A stretch of DNA of 63,606 bases, taken from Candidatus Zixiibacteriota bacterium (GTDB lineage Bacteria; Zixibacteria; MSB-5A5; GN15; FEB-12). The notes beneath the pieces were generated by a model. That model ran no database searches, was not told the DNA's origin, and worked only from the letters and a program-made list of their open reading frames with translations. The position numbers and the translations under genes were made by a program. The stretch is from contig JAGGTI010000030.1 of NCBI GenBank assembly GCA_021163775.1, forward strand, positions 1 to 63,606, in the 5' to 3' direction. Within the stretch, counting starts at the first letter, position 1. Each line of letters begins with the position of its first letter. Positions 29,971-40,346 of the stretch are shown piece by piece.

Positions 29971-31597
29971 TGCTGTCACCCTCCTCTCCGTCATCTTCTA
30001 TTCCAGGGTATGGAGTGCCTCGCAGATCAGTCTTGCGTTTCCCTTCACCTTCCAGAATCAACGCGTTCCCGACCATCTCGTGAACCCCTCCAACTTCCAC
30101 GCCCGGTACCCAGTACTCAAGCAGTGGCGGCAGAGTTGCCTTGTCGATTGCGCACATGCACAAGAGGATATTGGCATCATTGTTCTCGTGAACAAACTTG
30201 ACCGCATTGGCCCGCGGCAAACCACCCCGAAGGCGTGTCTCCATATTCTCGTCAGTGCCCAGACCAGCGCCCGAACCACAGCAGAAAGTCTGCTCGCGAA
30301 TCGTGTTTTCCGGCATCTCGACAAAATTGTTGCACACTTTATTGATGATATACCGAGGTTCATCCAGCAGACCCATAGCACGTGCCGGGTTACACGAATC
30401 GTGGTAGGTAGTGTGCCAGTGGTCGTTGCGGGATGGATCCAGTTTCAGTTTATTGTGATAGATCAAGTCGGACGTGAACTCGCTGATATGAACCATCTTG
30501 GTCGATGTGGCGTTATCGAACCGGGTGCCGGTGATCGGCGAAACCGGAACTTCAAGGAAATCAGCAGGACCATTCATCGTGTCCATATACTGATGCACCA
30601 CCCGCCACATGTGACCGCACTCACCGCCGATGATATGTTTCACACCGAGCCGTTTCGCTTCCATATAAATCTTGGCGTTTAGCCGTTTCATCATATCCGA
30701 CGAATGGAATAAACCAAAGTTGCCGCCCTCGGATGCATATGTACTCCAGGTGTAATCAAGCCCGATCTCGTGGAACAACAACAGGTAACCCAACAGCGTG
30801 TAATAGTGCGGCGATGCAAAGTAGTCGGCCGATGGTGCCACAAAGAGAATCTCAGCCCCCTTGCGGTTTATCGGCGCGTCTACTTTGATGCCGGTTATCT
30901 CCTCGAGTTCATCAACAGCAAACTCGATACTGTCGGCAAAACCATGCGGTTGAATACCAAGATGGTTCCCAGTCCGGTAGCAATTCGACAGCGGCGTGTT
31001 GATCCACTCGATACTCAAACCGAGCAGGTTCAGTAGTTCGCGACCCATCATAGTGATTTCGGCCGTGTCGATCCCGTACGGACAGAAAACCGAACAGCGC
31101 CGACACTCGGTGCACTGCATAAAGTAGTAGAACCACTCCTTGATGACCTGTTTGGTCAGTTTGCGTCCACCACCGATTTTACCTAAGATCTTTCCAGCCG
31201 TCGTAAAGTCATTGCGGTAAACCGACCGGAGTAGTTCGGCACGCATGACCGGCATATTTTTCGGATCGCCACCACCGATGAAATAGTGACATTTGTCGGC
31301 ACAGGCACCACACCGCACACAGATATCCATGAAAATCTGAAGGGTGCGATATTTTTTGAGCCGCTCGCGCAGGCCTTCGTGAATGATTTCCTGCCAGTTC
31401 TCCGGCAACTGCCAGTCATCATCGGTCGGTCTCCATTTGCGCGGATTGGGTAGGTCCAGATACTCAAGCGTTTCCGGAACCGCAGTGAAGTTCCACGTTC
31501 CAGGGCGAAATTCAGTCGCGGGATCCATCCAACCATTGGCCGATGGCTCAAACTTAATGCGGGCCATCTCTTCAGGTGTCTTGATATTTTTTGACAT
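29963..31597 (-). CDS. dsrK: DsrK (HdrD-like catalytic subunit)
   Basis: CVRCGACADKC, CTECRRCSVFCP, GECGH, HDSCN, CCGSGAG. Confidence 0.97.
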   Translation of the reverse strand: MSKNIKTPEEMARIKFEPSANGWMDPATEFRPGTWNFTAVPETLEYLDLPNPRKWRPTDDDWQLPENWQEIIHEGLRERLKKYRTLQIFMDICVRCGACADKCHYFIGGGDPKNMPVMRAELLRSVYRNDFTTAGKILGKIGGGRKLTKQVIKEWFYYFMQCTECRRCSVFCPYGIDTAEITMMGRELLNLLGLSIEWINTPLSNCYRTGNHLGIQPHGFADSIEFAVDELEEITGIKVDAPINRKGAEILFVAPSADYFASPHYYTLLGYLLLFHEIGLDYTWSTYASEGGNFGLFHSSDMMKRLNAKIYMEAKRLGVKHIIGGECGHMWRVVHQYMDTMNGPADFLEVPVSPITGTRFDNATSTKMVHISEFTSDLIYHNKLKLDPSRNDHWHTTYHDSCNPARAMGLLDEPRYIINKVCNNFVEMPENTIREQTFCCGSGAGLGTDENMETRLRGGLPRANAVKFVHENNDANILLCMCAIDKATLPPLLEYWVPGVEVGGVHEMVGNALILEGEGKRKTDLRGTPYPGIEDDGEEGDSNV

Positions 31598-31600
31598 AGG

Positions 31601-32596
31601 CTACTCTTCCTTATCTACCGGAAGACCGGCCGCTTTCATCAGATCACGGTATTCATCTTCATACTCTTCGTAAGTATGTACCTTGACCTTGGGGTTCCAG
31701 GGATTGATATGCCTTCGCACCCGGTTGTTGTTGGCCAGGTTGCGCGTCGGGCTCATGAAAACACCGGCGAAATGCATCAGCTTGCTAAGCGGGATATAGG
31801 CCAGCAGTACACTCACCAAAAAGATGTGTACAAAGAATACCAGCCCAACTTCACTCGATACCACCGGACTGAAACTCACCAGACCGATAGCCAACTCTTT
31901 GATACTCACCAGGTCAGTCTTGGTGAAATAGCGCATAAACACACCCGAGACCGTGATCCCCAACAACAGAAAGAGTGGGAAATAGTCCGCCGGAAGTGAA
32001 AGATAACGCAGTTTCTGATCAACCACACGACGCAAAAACAAGAACGTCAACGATGCGACAATAACCACGTCAGTAGTCAAAATTATCGGCAAACCGATCT
32101 GGAAGAAACCATCCAGATTCTGCATGGTCACCAGCCACGAGGGCACCGGCTCAATGAAATACTTACAGTGCCGAATCAGTACGATCAGTAACGACCAGTG
32201 AAATGCCATCCCTGCCGCCCACAACCACTTGGTCGGAGAATACAGAATTCTTGGACCTTCGACTACCACCGACCGTGTGTTACGGAACAGGGACCGAAAG
32301 AAAAATACTTCCAGGAACATCCGACACAACACCCAGAATAAATTGTGTGGGTTATCGAGTTTACTGGATTTGATCCAGGGAAGCGTTTTCTGTTGTCCGC
32401 AGGTAGTTGGTATCCGAAACGGTACCGCCGAACGCGCCCACTTTAGAACCCGGTAGATGACACCAATTACAAACGCAACAACCGCCGCGTAGGGAATCAC
32501 AATACCGAATAAGTCACGCCAACCGGCAAGTTCCGTTCCCGCTACAGCGATCAGGATAAGCACCACCACTGCGAGAAGAGAGAACATCACGCCCAT
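31601..32596 (-). CDS. dsrM: DsrM (NarI-like cytochrome b)
   Basis: FRIPTTCGQQK, FFRSLFRNT, SKLMHFAGVFMSPTRN. Confidence 0.97.
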   Translation of the reverse strand: MGVMFSLLAVVVLILIAVAGTELAGWRDLFGIVIPYAAVVAFVIGVIYRVLKWARSAVPFRIPTTCGQQKTLPWIKSSKLDNPHNLFWVLCRMFLEVFFFRSLFRNTRSVVVEGPRILYSPTKWLWAAGMAFHWSLLIVLIRHCKYFIEPVPSWLVTMQNLDGFFQIGLPIILTTDVVIVASLTFLFLRRVVDQKLRYLSLPADYFPLFLLLGITVSGVFMRYFTKTDLVSIKELAIGLVSFSPVVSSEVGLVFFVHIFLVSVLLAYIPLSKLMHFAGVFMSPTRNLANNNRVRRHINPWNPKVKVHTYEEYEDEYRDLMKAAGLPVDKEE

Positions 32597-32608
32597 AAGC
32601 TGTCTCCT

Positions 32609-33169
32609 CTATATATTTGAATCATCCTTAGCTTCGCCTCCGATATCTGGTCCATCCGACACCGGACCAACGTAACGTTTATTCACCTGTTCCAGTAACT
32701 TGGCCGATCGCATCTGTACTTCCTTGGCTCGGATCTCGAATATCTTGTTCTGGCATTTCATATATTGATCGAAAACCATCAGTGACAAGCCATCGACTTT
32801 CGCCTCAAACTCCACTAACTCTTTCTGTAACCTGGAATCAGTCAACTCAGATTTCAACTGACGGCGCACAATGTTCTTTAACAAAAACACAAAGGCCACA
32901 GCCTGCGAGGGAGCGCTGGCCTGAACAGTGCGTATTTTCACCAGATCATCAATAGCCTCAGCCAATAACGACTGGTCACCGTTACTGTACAATTCAGCCA
33001 GGAGAACCGGAAGGCGTTCCTTGAAAGTATGACCTACCGGGTTTTGGAACTGATCCGCTTGATTTTTCAGATAGGTGGAAGTGTCCAGCGGATAGCTCTC
33101 AGCAACAGAGTCAAACCACTCATTGAGAATAGCCTCGCGCCGCTGTTCCAACAACTTGACCAATTTCAT
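32609..33169 (-). CDS. dsrT: DsrT (RsbRD N-terminal domain protein)
   Basis: ILNEWFD...DQFQNPVG...KIRTVQ...PSQAVAFVFLLK; lies immediately upstream of dsrM; start MKLVK. Confidence 0.9.
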   Translation of the reverse strand: MKLVKLLEQRREAILNEWFDSVAESYPLDTSTYLKNQADQFQNPVGHTFKERLPVLLAELYSNGDQSLLAEAIDDLVKIRTVQASAPSQAVAFVFLLKNIVRRQLKSELTDSRLQKELVEFEAKVDGLSLMVFDQYMKCQNKIFEIRAKEVQMRSAKLLEQVNKRYVGPVSDGPDIGGEAKDDSNI

Positions 33170-33222
33170 CTCAGCCCGTCCTTCCGAACGATCCTCTTCA
33201 ATATGATTCTGAGGATGATCGC

Positions 33223-33282
33223 TCGTTAAGAATTTCACAAAGTCAGACCATATATAATAATAAAGAGAGGCTATATTCTCAA
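33223..33282 (-). promoter_or_regulatory. dsrTMKJOP promoter and Rex-like operator
   Basis: TTGAGA (33282-33277)-17 bp-TATTAT (33259-33254); operator TCGTTAA-GAAT-TTCACAA at 33223-33240. Confidence 0.7.
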
Positions 33283-33619
33283 GAGTTGTTTTTGGTTTTC
33301 TGAAAATGGCAGAATAATCACCAGACACCCTAAATTGTGACCTTACACGTTACCCCCCAACGTAATACGGCTCATCACAAGCCCTCAGGAATCGCTCCGG
33401 CTCTCCTTTAATTGATTAAATACGGGAGCAAAAAGGTCTCTTACTGTTTTCTGCTTCCAAATCATCGACTTTCAAAGATATGGGCTTTATTGGTAATCGT
33501 TTACCCGCCCCCTTCCAGACTTGTTGAAACGACCCAACTTTCCTGCTCTTTTTCAGTTTGCCAGCCCGGTCTTCAATACTGTATGTTGTCTCAGAGATCA
33601 AACGCGGCACACATAACCT

Positions 33620-36295
33620 GTGCGAAGGGCCGGTCAATTGACTAACTCCGATGACGACAAGACCCAGACTCATCTCGTGTTGACCAAGGGCACGATGGTG
33701 GCACATTACCAGATCATCGAGAAAATTGGCGCCGGTGGGATGGGTGAAGTGTATCTGGCTGGGGATACCAAACTCCAGCGCCAAGTCGCCCTCAAATTCC
33801 TTCCCCCACATCTCTGCCAGGATAAAGACTGTCGCACACGGTTCACTCGTGAAGCCCAAGCCGCCGCCAAATTGGATCATCCCAATATCGTCACGATATA
33901 TGAAGTGGGCGAACATCAGGGACAGCCGTTCTTTGCCATGCAACATGTCGAAGGCAAATCGCTCGGCGATGCCATCAAGGACGAAAAATTTGATCTCGAC
34001 AAGGTCATCGAGCTGGCCGGGCAGATCTGCGAAGGATTGCAGAAAGCCCACGAAGCCGGGATTATACATCGTGATGTCAAGCCGTCGAGCATTGTCATCG
34101 ACGCCGATGGCCGACCTAAACTGCTTGATTTCGGACTGGCTTCGGTGGTAGGTGCCGAGCACCTTACCAGGACCGGTTCGACGATCGGAACGATTGGATA
34201 CATGTCCCCGGAGCAAATCGAAGGCAAAGAGACCGATGCCCGTTCCGATCTGTTTTCGTTTGGCTGTGTGATGCACGAAATGATCACCGGTCACCCGCCG
34301 TTCAAACGTGACGATCAGACCGCCACGCTCAAAGCCGTCTTGCAGGATACGCCCGAACCGCTCGCCCGCTACAAAGCCGATGTTCCGGACAACTTCCAAC
34401 TGGTAGTCAGTAAACTGCTGGAAAAAGATCCGGCGTTGCGCTATCAGTCCGCCGCCGGCGTGGTTGCTGACCTCAAGCGACTAGCGGTCACTTCCACCGA
34501 GCCGGAGGCCAAACCCAAGCGGAAAAGCTGGAAAAGTCTGCTGAACAAGTTCTGGTTCGGGTGTATTATCGGCATAACTTTCTATGTCGTCTCGGAATAT
34601 GTTATGCCGCTACTTCAGGATGCACCCTCCGAGTGCAAGATGCTGGCCGTGCTTCCGTTTGAAAATTTGGGTGACCCTGAAGATGAATATTTCGCTGATG
34701 GCATCACCGATGAGATAACCACCAACCTCGCCAAACTGTCCGGACTGGGCGTGATCTCCCGAACCAGCGCAATGCGGTATAAAGACACCAACAAGAGCGT
34801 GCGCGAGATTGGCAAGGAACTCGGTGTTGACTATGTGGTTGAAGGCACTATCCGGTGGGACAAGACCGGTGATGAGAATCGAGTGCGGATCAATCCGCAA
34901 CTTATTCAGGTCGACGGCGACGTACACCTTTGGGCCGATCGCTATGATACCGTGCTCACCGATATCTTCGAGGTACAATCCGGAATTGCCAGCGAGGTGG
35001 CGGCGGCGATGGATATCACGCTACTTCAATCGGAGCAGGAAGCTCTTTCACGCGAACGGACGATCGATCCCCAGGCGTATGATTTTTATCTGCGCGGAAA
35101 AAAATACTATGGTCCAGAGCGATATTTCAGTGCGGACTATGTTCTGGGGGAGCGGATGTTTCTTCGGGCTATCGAGTTGCAACCTGACTTCGCCCTGGCG
35201 TATGCCGAATTGAGTTCGCTTCACACCGACATATACTGGAACAAGGCTGATCCAGATATCTCCCGACTCGACACCGCCCTGGAATACTTGCGGTTCGCAG
35301 TCGAACTTGCACCTGATTTACCTGAGACACACCTGGCCGTCGGCTGGTACTACTATCACGGCCGTAAGGATTACGACAGTGCCCTGGCGGCTTTCGAACA
35401 AGTACTTCGCCAGCAACCAAACAACGCCCTGGCAGTCGCCAGTATCGCCTGGGTCAAGCGCAGACAGGGCGATTTTGATTTGGCAGTCGAGGCTATGCGC
35501 CGAGCCATAAAGCTTGATCCATGGAACCCCTGGTATCAATTCGAACTTGGCATGACACTCGTGAAGTCCCGGCGATTCGGCGAGGCTGTGGCGCATTTCG
35601 ATGAAACCATTGAAATGCAACCAGACAACCTATGGGCCTATCTGATGAAAGGCTTTGCGGTATTCAATCATACCGGAGACTATAAACAAACACACGCAGT
35701 GATTGAAACGGCACTCACAGTAAACGATCGCTCACCGCAACTAACGTTTACCGAGATTTACTATAACATGTGCTTTGAGCAGTATGACCACGCCCTCTCA
35801 CTACTGGCCGAAAGTAAGCCGGGTGATGTTTACCTCTACCCGGATCAGGACAGCGCCCAATACTATTTCATAAAGGGCACCGTCTTTCACATCTCTAACC
35901 GTCCTGAGCTGGCCCGTCCCTGCTTTGATTCCGCCCGGGTTATGCTGGAACGGCTGATCAACTCAACTCCTAATATCGCCAATTATCACAACTCTCTGGC
36001 CAAAGTATATGCGGGTCTGGGTATGAAGGCGTCGGCTATCAAATCAGCCAAACGAGCCATAGAACTTGAGCCGGTGGCCGCTGATGCCATGAGCGGTCCG
36101 GACCACTTGATCTGCCTGGTAATCGTATATGCCCAGGTAGGTGAGCTAGATTCGGCCCTCGCCATTCTCGAACAGCTTTCGGAGATTCCGTCTGACCTGT
36201 CAGTGCATATGTTGCGACTCTCGCCGGAATTCGCCCCCCTCCGTGATGATCCGCGCTTTAAGACACTGATTGAGAAATACAATACCCCCAACTGA
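33620..36295 (+). CDS. Hanks-type Ser/Thr protein kinase with TM helix, TolB-like/adenylate-cyclase-associated domain and TPRs
   Basis: IGAGGMGEVY, VALKFL, HRDVKPSS, DFG, GYMSPE; LAVLPFENLG...YFADGITDEI; TPR repeats; ends LRDDPRF. Start uncertain (possibly TTG near 33638). Confidence 0.92.
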   Translation: MRRAGQLTNSDDDKTQTHLVLTKGTMVAHYQIIEKIGAGGMGEVYLAGDTKLQRQVALKFLPPHLCQDKDCRTRFTREAQAAAKLDHPNIVTIYEVGEHQGQPFFAMQHVEGKSLGDAIKDEKFDLDKVIELAGQICEGLQKAHEAGIIHRDVKPSSIVIDADGRPKLLDFGLASVVGAEHLTRTGSTIGTIGYMSPEQIEGKETDARSDLFSFGCVMHEMITGHPPFKRDDQTATLKAVLQDTPEPLARYKADVPDNFQLVVSKLLEKDPALRYQSAAGVVADLKRLAVTSTEPEAKPKRKSWKSLLNKFWFGCIIGITFYVVSEYVMPLLQDAPSECKMLAVLPFENLGDPEDEYFADGITDEITTNLAKLSGLGVISRTSAMRYKDTNKSVREIGKELGVDYVVEGTIRWDKTGDENRVRINPQLIQVDGDVHLWADRYDTVLTDIFEVQSGIASEVAAAMDITLLQSEQEALSRERTIDPQAYDFYLRGKKYYGPERYFSADYVLGERMFLRAIELQPDFALAYAELSSLHTDIYWNKADPDISRLDTALEYLRFAVELAPDLPETHLAVGWYYYHGRKDYDSALAAFEQVLRQQPNNALAVASIAWVKRRQGDFDLAVEAMRRAIKLDPWNPWYQFELGMTLVKSRRFGEAVAHFDETIEMQPDNLWAYLMKGFAVFNHTGDYKQTHAVIETALTVNDRSPQLTFTEIYYNMCFEQYDHALSLLAESKPGDVYLYPDQDSAQYYFIKGTVFHISNRPELARPCFDSARVMLERLINSTPNIANYHNSLAKVYAGLGMKASAIKSAKRAIELEPVAADAMSGPDHLICLVIVYAQVGELDSALAILEQLSEIPSDLSVHMLRLSPEFAPLRDDPRFKTLIEKYNTPN

Positions 36296-36307
36296 ACCCC
36301 AAAAAAC

Positions 36308-36340
36308 AAAAAAAACCGGAGAGACCAAAGTCTCTCCGGT
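36308..36340 (-). terminator. Terminator of the dsrABDNLC operon (may also serve the kinase gene)
   Basis: ACCGGAGAGAC-CAAA-GTCTCTCCGGT preceded on + by a long A-run. Confidence 0.85.
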
Positions 36341-36360
36341 ATGCTTACAGCTACAAGATA

Positions 36361-36678
36361 TCATACGCAACCGGTCGGCTTGGACAAACCCGCGACTTTG
36401 CAGGCACCCTTGGCCGGACCAGATGGAAACAGCTCATAAATTTTCTTGAGCGGGAAACCGGTTTCTTTGCAGAGCTTCCGGATCATCGGGGCAATCCCAA
36501 ACTTCAGGTAATATTCCCGAAGATATCTCACGAGGTGCCAGTGCTCTTCGGTCAGATCATCAACACCTTCAGTGGTAGCAAGAGCTATAGCTATCGCATC
36601 ATTCCACTCTGAAGGATCATCCATGAAACCGTCTTCATCAACTTCGATCTTGACTTCACCGTGTTCAAATGTCGGCAT
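36361..36678 (-). CDS. dsrC: DsrC sulfur carrier protein
   Basis: VDEDGFM...LFPSGPAKGACKVAGLSKPTGCV; both C-terminal Cys present. Confidence 0.98.
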   Translation of the reverse strand: MPTFEHGEVKIEVDEDGFMDDPSEWNDAIAIALATTEGVDDLTEEHWHLVRYLREYYLKFGIAPMIRKLCKETGFPLKKIYELFPSGPAKGACKVAGLSKPTGCV

Positions 36679-36739
36679 AATTACTCCTCATTGTCTAATA
36701 TTGTTTATCGTGCTTTATTGTTATCTCTATCATTGCTCA

Positions 36740-38425
36740 CTAGTGCATTTCAATATAGCCACACGGACAGTTCTCAGCACATTTCTTACATCCGTTACAG
36801 TATTCCAGTTTGAACTTATACGGTTCGCCTTTGATCAAAGGCTTTATTACAGCATTATCCTGACAGTAACTCCAGCAATTAGTACAGTCAAAACACATAC
36901 CGCAACTCATGCAACGTTTGGCTTCCTGTATCGCCACATCCCTCGCCAGGGTAGCAACGATCTCAGCAGTCATACTCTTGAGCCGCTCATCGGGCACCAT
37001 CTCGGTAGCCTTGACCCGTTCCATACCTTCGTACCATTGCAACATTATTTTGTCCGCGGTTATTTTAGGCATACCGGATTTATCATCCGGCATCGCCTCA
37101 CCAGTGATCATCTCATGGATAGCAAAAGCCGCAACCCGACCGTGGGAGATAGCATCAATAGCCAGCGCAAGATTGATATTATCCCCACCAGCATAGACAG
37201 CATCGTCTTTGGTTTTGTACTTGTCATCGACCTTGATCCAGTCCCTACCCTCAATCAGGGATTCAAACCCGGTGAAATCCGGCTCCTGACTAATAGCTGC
37301 GATCAGAGTTGTAAACTTGAGGTCGTAGGTATCGCCTTCAATCGGCACCGGGCGACGGCGTCCGGAATCATCCGGTTCACCCAGTTCCATCCGCTGGCAT
37401 TTCATGCCGGTTGCCTTGCCGCTGTCATCGGTGTAGATTTCAATCGGCGCGGCAAGCAAATCGATCCGGACCCCTTCTTCTTCAGCTCCAACGATCTCTT
37501 CGTCAATCGCCGGCATCTCGGTCCGAGTACGACGGTACAGAATAGTCGCGTTGGCGCCCAACCGGCGCGCGATGCGAGCGGCATCAATGGCGGTATCACC
37601 ACCGCCGACCACCACCACTTGATCACCAACTTCGACAGTTTCGCCAGCGTTGACCTTGTGCAGGAAACCAGTACCGGTAAATACATTCGGTGCGTTTTCG
37701 CCTTCGACCCGAAGCAGGCGTCCCTGGTGCGCTCCCAGGCTGACAAAGATCACTTTGTATTCCTTGCGAAGGTCATCCATAGAAACATCTTTACCTACTG
37801 CGGTGTTGAGTTTCAATTCAACGCCCATATCACAAACCCGCTGAATCTCGGCATCGAGAATATCGGGTGGGAGACGGTAATCAGGAATACCGTAACGGAG
37901 CATACCGCCCGGTTTTTCAAACGCCTCAAAAACTGTAACCTGGTATCCACGACGCGCCAGATGATAAGCGCAAGTAATACCTGCAGGACCAGAACCAACT
38001 ACAGCGACTTTTTCCGCACGTACTTCATCAGTTAGTTTCTTCGGCACCAGTTTATGCTCCAGACCATAGTCACCGAGAAACCGTTCGATTTTGTTGATTC
38101 CTACAGCGCCGTCTTTTTCGTTCCGGTTACAACCGGTTTCGCATGGATGCGGACAGACTCGGCCACAGGTTGATGGAAACGGCGTGGTCTCCAGAAAAGT
38201 GTAGAATGCTTCTTCCATTGCCTGGTCGAGAGGTTTTTCGTGTTTCTCGGCCAGGGCAATAGTCATAAGTGCCAGCCTGATGTGATTGCCATTGGGACAA
38301 TTGTCACCGCACGGCGGCTTTTTCGGAACATGTTTTGGTCGAAGCGATGATGTTTCAACTGACGAGCCACCGCTACTCCTGAGACTCTTGAGCCCTTTTT
38401 TCTTTTTCTTAACTACTTTTACCAT
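36740..38425 (-). CDS. dsrL: DsrL NAD(P)H:acceptor oxidoreductase, DsrL-2 type
   Basis: GltD-like (CGRVCPHPCE, GSGPAG, GGMLRYGIP) with C-terminal ferredoxins (RCMSCGMCFDC, CNGCKKCAENCPCG); YRR NADP motif; inside the dsr operon. Confidence 0.9.
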   Translation of the reverse strand: MVKVVKKKKKGLKSLRSSGGSSVETSSLRPKHVPKKPPCGDNCPNGNHIRLALMTIALAEKHEKPLDQAMEEAFYTFLETTPFPSTCGRVCPHPCETGCNRNEKDGAVGINKIERFLGDYGLEHKLVPKKLTDEVRAEKVAVVGSGPAGITCAYHLARRGYQVTVFEAFEKPGGMLRYGIPDYRLPPDILDAEIQRVCDMGVELKLNTAVGKDVSMDDLRKEYKVIFVSLGAHQGRLLRVEGENAPNVFTGTGFLHKVNAGETVEVGDQVVVVGGGDTAIDAARIARRLGANATILYRRTRTEMPAIDEEIVGAEEEGVRIDLLAAPIEIYTDDSGKATGMKCQRMELGEPDDSGRRRPVPIEGDTYDLKFTTLIAAISQEPDFTGFESLIEGRDWIKVDDKYKTKDDAVYAGGDNINLALAIDAISHGRVAAFAIHEMITGEAMPDDKSGMPKITADKIMLQWYEGMERVKATEMVPDERLKSMTAEIVATLARDVAIQEAKRCMSCGMCFDCTNCWSYCQDNAVIKPLIKGEPYKFKLEYCNGCKKCAENCPCGYIEMH

Positions 38426-38559
38426 GACATCGCCTTCACATTGATGAACACTGCCGGAGATCAGTTGCGTGCCGGGTTTGTTTAAGCAACCCGGAATTAA
38501 CACTCATTCGGAAGGTTCGATTGTTTTTTGCTTTTTCCCAACAGTTTCCTTTGTTGCCA

Positions 38560-40062
38560 TCAGCAGTCCGACGCCAGCACGCCAGTTTCGACTCCGGACC
38601 GTCTGAAAACCTCCATTATATTTGTTTTCTCCAGTTGGCTTTGACAATCAGCCTCGGGCTGGCTGGTTCGCATCTGAAAGTCATTCGCCTGGAAAACAAA
38701 CGCGTCCGCCCATTCAGGGAGACCATCGACGTGCAAATGTGTATAGCAAGCCAGACAGTTCTTGTAAATCAGACCGTCACGTTTGTTCCCCAGCCCTACT
38801 CCGGTTCGGACCTGCATACAACCGTCAGTGTTGACCGGTTCGATAGATGGTCCGGTATAATGAAATTCATGTCCCCGAATAACTGTACCAATTTCAAAAT
38901 ATGGATTAGCGCGATCGACCACGATCTCAGTGTAGCCGTGACCAACCGGTTTCGAGTGCATCTGAAGATCAAAGTTGAAAATCCCCGCCAGGTCATAGCG
39001 CTGGTTATTGCAGGTAAGAGAACGACACAAGAAGATCAACCCACCACACTCGGCATAGATCGGTAGACCAGACTTGGCCGCCTTCCGAACCGACTGTAAC
39101 ATCGACAGATTATGTGACAATTTCTCGGCCTGAGTTTCAGGAAAACCTCCGCCAATATACAAACTGTCGATTTCGGGCAGTGATTCGTCTTCAAGCGAAG
39201 ATACCGGCACAAGTTCGGCCCCCCTGCTCTGAAGGGCGGCGAGATTCTCCGGATAGTAAAACGTAAACACCGAATCGCAAAAATAACCGATTCGAACCCT
39301 GCTCTTGATCGGAGTGATTTTGGGGCGTTTAGTCACAGCCAGAGATTCGGTGTCGCCGGCAATTTCAATCATGCGATCAATATCAAGATAATCTTCAGCA
39401 ATCGATATCAACCGCTCCTGCAACCCAGTATCCTCACCAAATTCCGATGGCGTAACCAGTCCGAGATGTCGTCCCGGAATCAGCGTAGAACCATCATCAA
39501 GTTTTGGAATAGCACCTAACACTGGCAAACCGCACGTTTGTTCAATCGCCTCGGTAATCACTCGTCTATGCCGGTTGCCTGCCACCCGGTTAAGAATTAC
39601 CCCGGCCAGCTTTAGCTCCGGCTCCAACACCTGACAACCTTTAACCAGCGCCGCTACGGTGCGCGTAACCTTGGTGCAGTTCACTACCAGCACCACCGGC
39701 GCTTTGAGCAGGCGAGCCAGACTCGCCGTACTGTGAGTACCGGAGGCGTCTCGACCATCAAGCAGACCACGGTTACCTTCTATAAGAGCCAGGTCAGATC
39801 CAGTCGTAGCCTCAGCAAACGATGCCGCAACCGTGTCCGGGGTAACCATATAAGTATCAAGGTTGCGACACTCTGTCTGCGCCGCCCACGCCAGCCAGGC
39901 CGCATCAATATAGTCCGGTCCTTTCTTGAACACGGAGAGGGACAGACCTCGACGCCGCAAAGCTGTTAGAAAACTGAGGCTGGTTATCGTCTTGCCTGCA
40001 TCTCCAGACAACCCGGCAATAACCAGCCTTGGACACTTCGTTACCATACAACCAACCGTCAT
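38560..40062 (-). CDS. dsrN: DsrN siroheme amidase (CbiA-like)
   Basis: FKKGPDYID, IEGNRGL, FYYPENL, IYAECGG, RGHEFHY; downstream of dsrD. Confidence 0.93.
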   Translation of the reverse strand: MTVGCMVTKCPRLVIAGLSGDAGKTITSLSFLTALRRRGLSLSVFKKGPDYIDAAWLAWAAQTECRNLDTYMVTPDTVAASFAEATTGSDLALIEGNRGLLDGRDASGTHSTASLARLLKAPVVLVVNCTKVTRTVAALVKGCQVLEPELKLAGVILNRVAGNRHRRVITEAIEQTCGLPVLGAIPKLDDGSTLIPGRHLGLVTPSEFGEDTGLQERLISIAEDYLDIDRMIEIAGDTESLAVTKRPKITPIKSRVRIGYFCDSVFTFYYPENLAALQSRGAELVPVSSLEDESLPEIDSLYIGGGFPETQAEKLSHNLSMLQSVRKAAKSGLPIYAECGGLIFLCRSLTCNNQRYDLAGIFNFDLQMHSKPVGHGYTEIVVDRANPYFEIGTVIRGHEFHYTGPSIEPVNTDGCMQVRTGVGLGNKRDGLIYKNCLACYTHLHVDGLPEWADAFVFQANDFQMRTSQPEADCQSQLEKTNIMEVFRRSGVETGVLASDC

Positions 40063-40088
40063 ACGATCAAAACCATGAAAACCAAGTC

Positions 40089-40334
40089 CTAATCGTTGGC
40101 GGCTCCTTCTTTGTGCGGTAGCTCAATGAAACTGCCACCAAAGTAGGTGTAAACACATCTCCCGGTGTCGATCAAATTCTTGATTGCTAACTTGCAAGTT
40201 TTCTTGTCGAACTCATCACCAAGAAGTTGTTTCATCGCCTTGGTCAAATCCATCGGCTTGAGCTTTTTGATGCCCTGGGCCTCTGAGATCATTTTATACA
40301 TCATCTCAGTAATTTCTTCGACCGTCTTAGCCAT
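40089..40334 (-). CDS. dsrD: DsrD
   Basis: 81-aa winged-helix protein, KKLKPMDL...CKLAIKNLIDTGRCVYTYFGGSF; directly after dsrB. Confidence 0.88.
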   Translation of the reverse strand: MAKTVEEITEMMYKMISEAQGIKKLKPMDLTKAMKQLLGDEFDKKTCKLAIKNLIDTGRCVYTYFGGSFIELPHKEGAAND

Positions 40335-40346
40335 ATCAAGACCTCC

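Noticed and set aside
33416-34399. 327-aa minus-strand ORF
   Set aside because: Antisense shadow of the kinase domain with no motifs of its own.
36572-38035. 487-aa plus-strand ORF
   Set aside because: Antisense to dsrL/dsrC; a codon-bias shadow with no recognisable domain. Other short overlapping ORFs were dismissed on the same grounds.
36740-38425. Glutamate synthase small subunit (gltD)
   Set aside because: No gltB nearby; the extra C-terminal ferredoxin domains and the dsr-operon position indicate DsrL.
38560-40062. Cobalamin biosynthesis cbiA/cobB
   Set aside because: It sits in the dsr operon with no other cbi genes, so DsrN is the better call.
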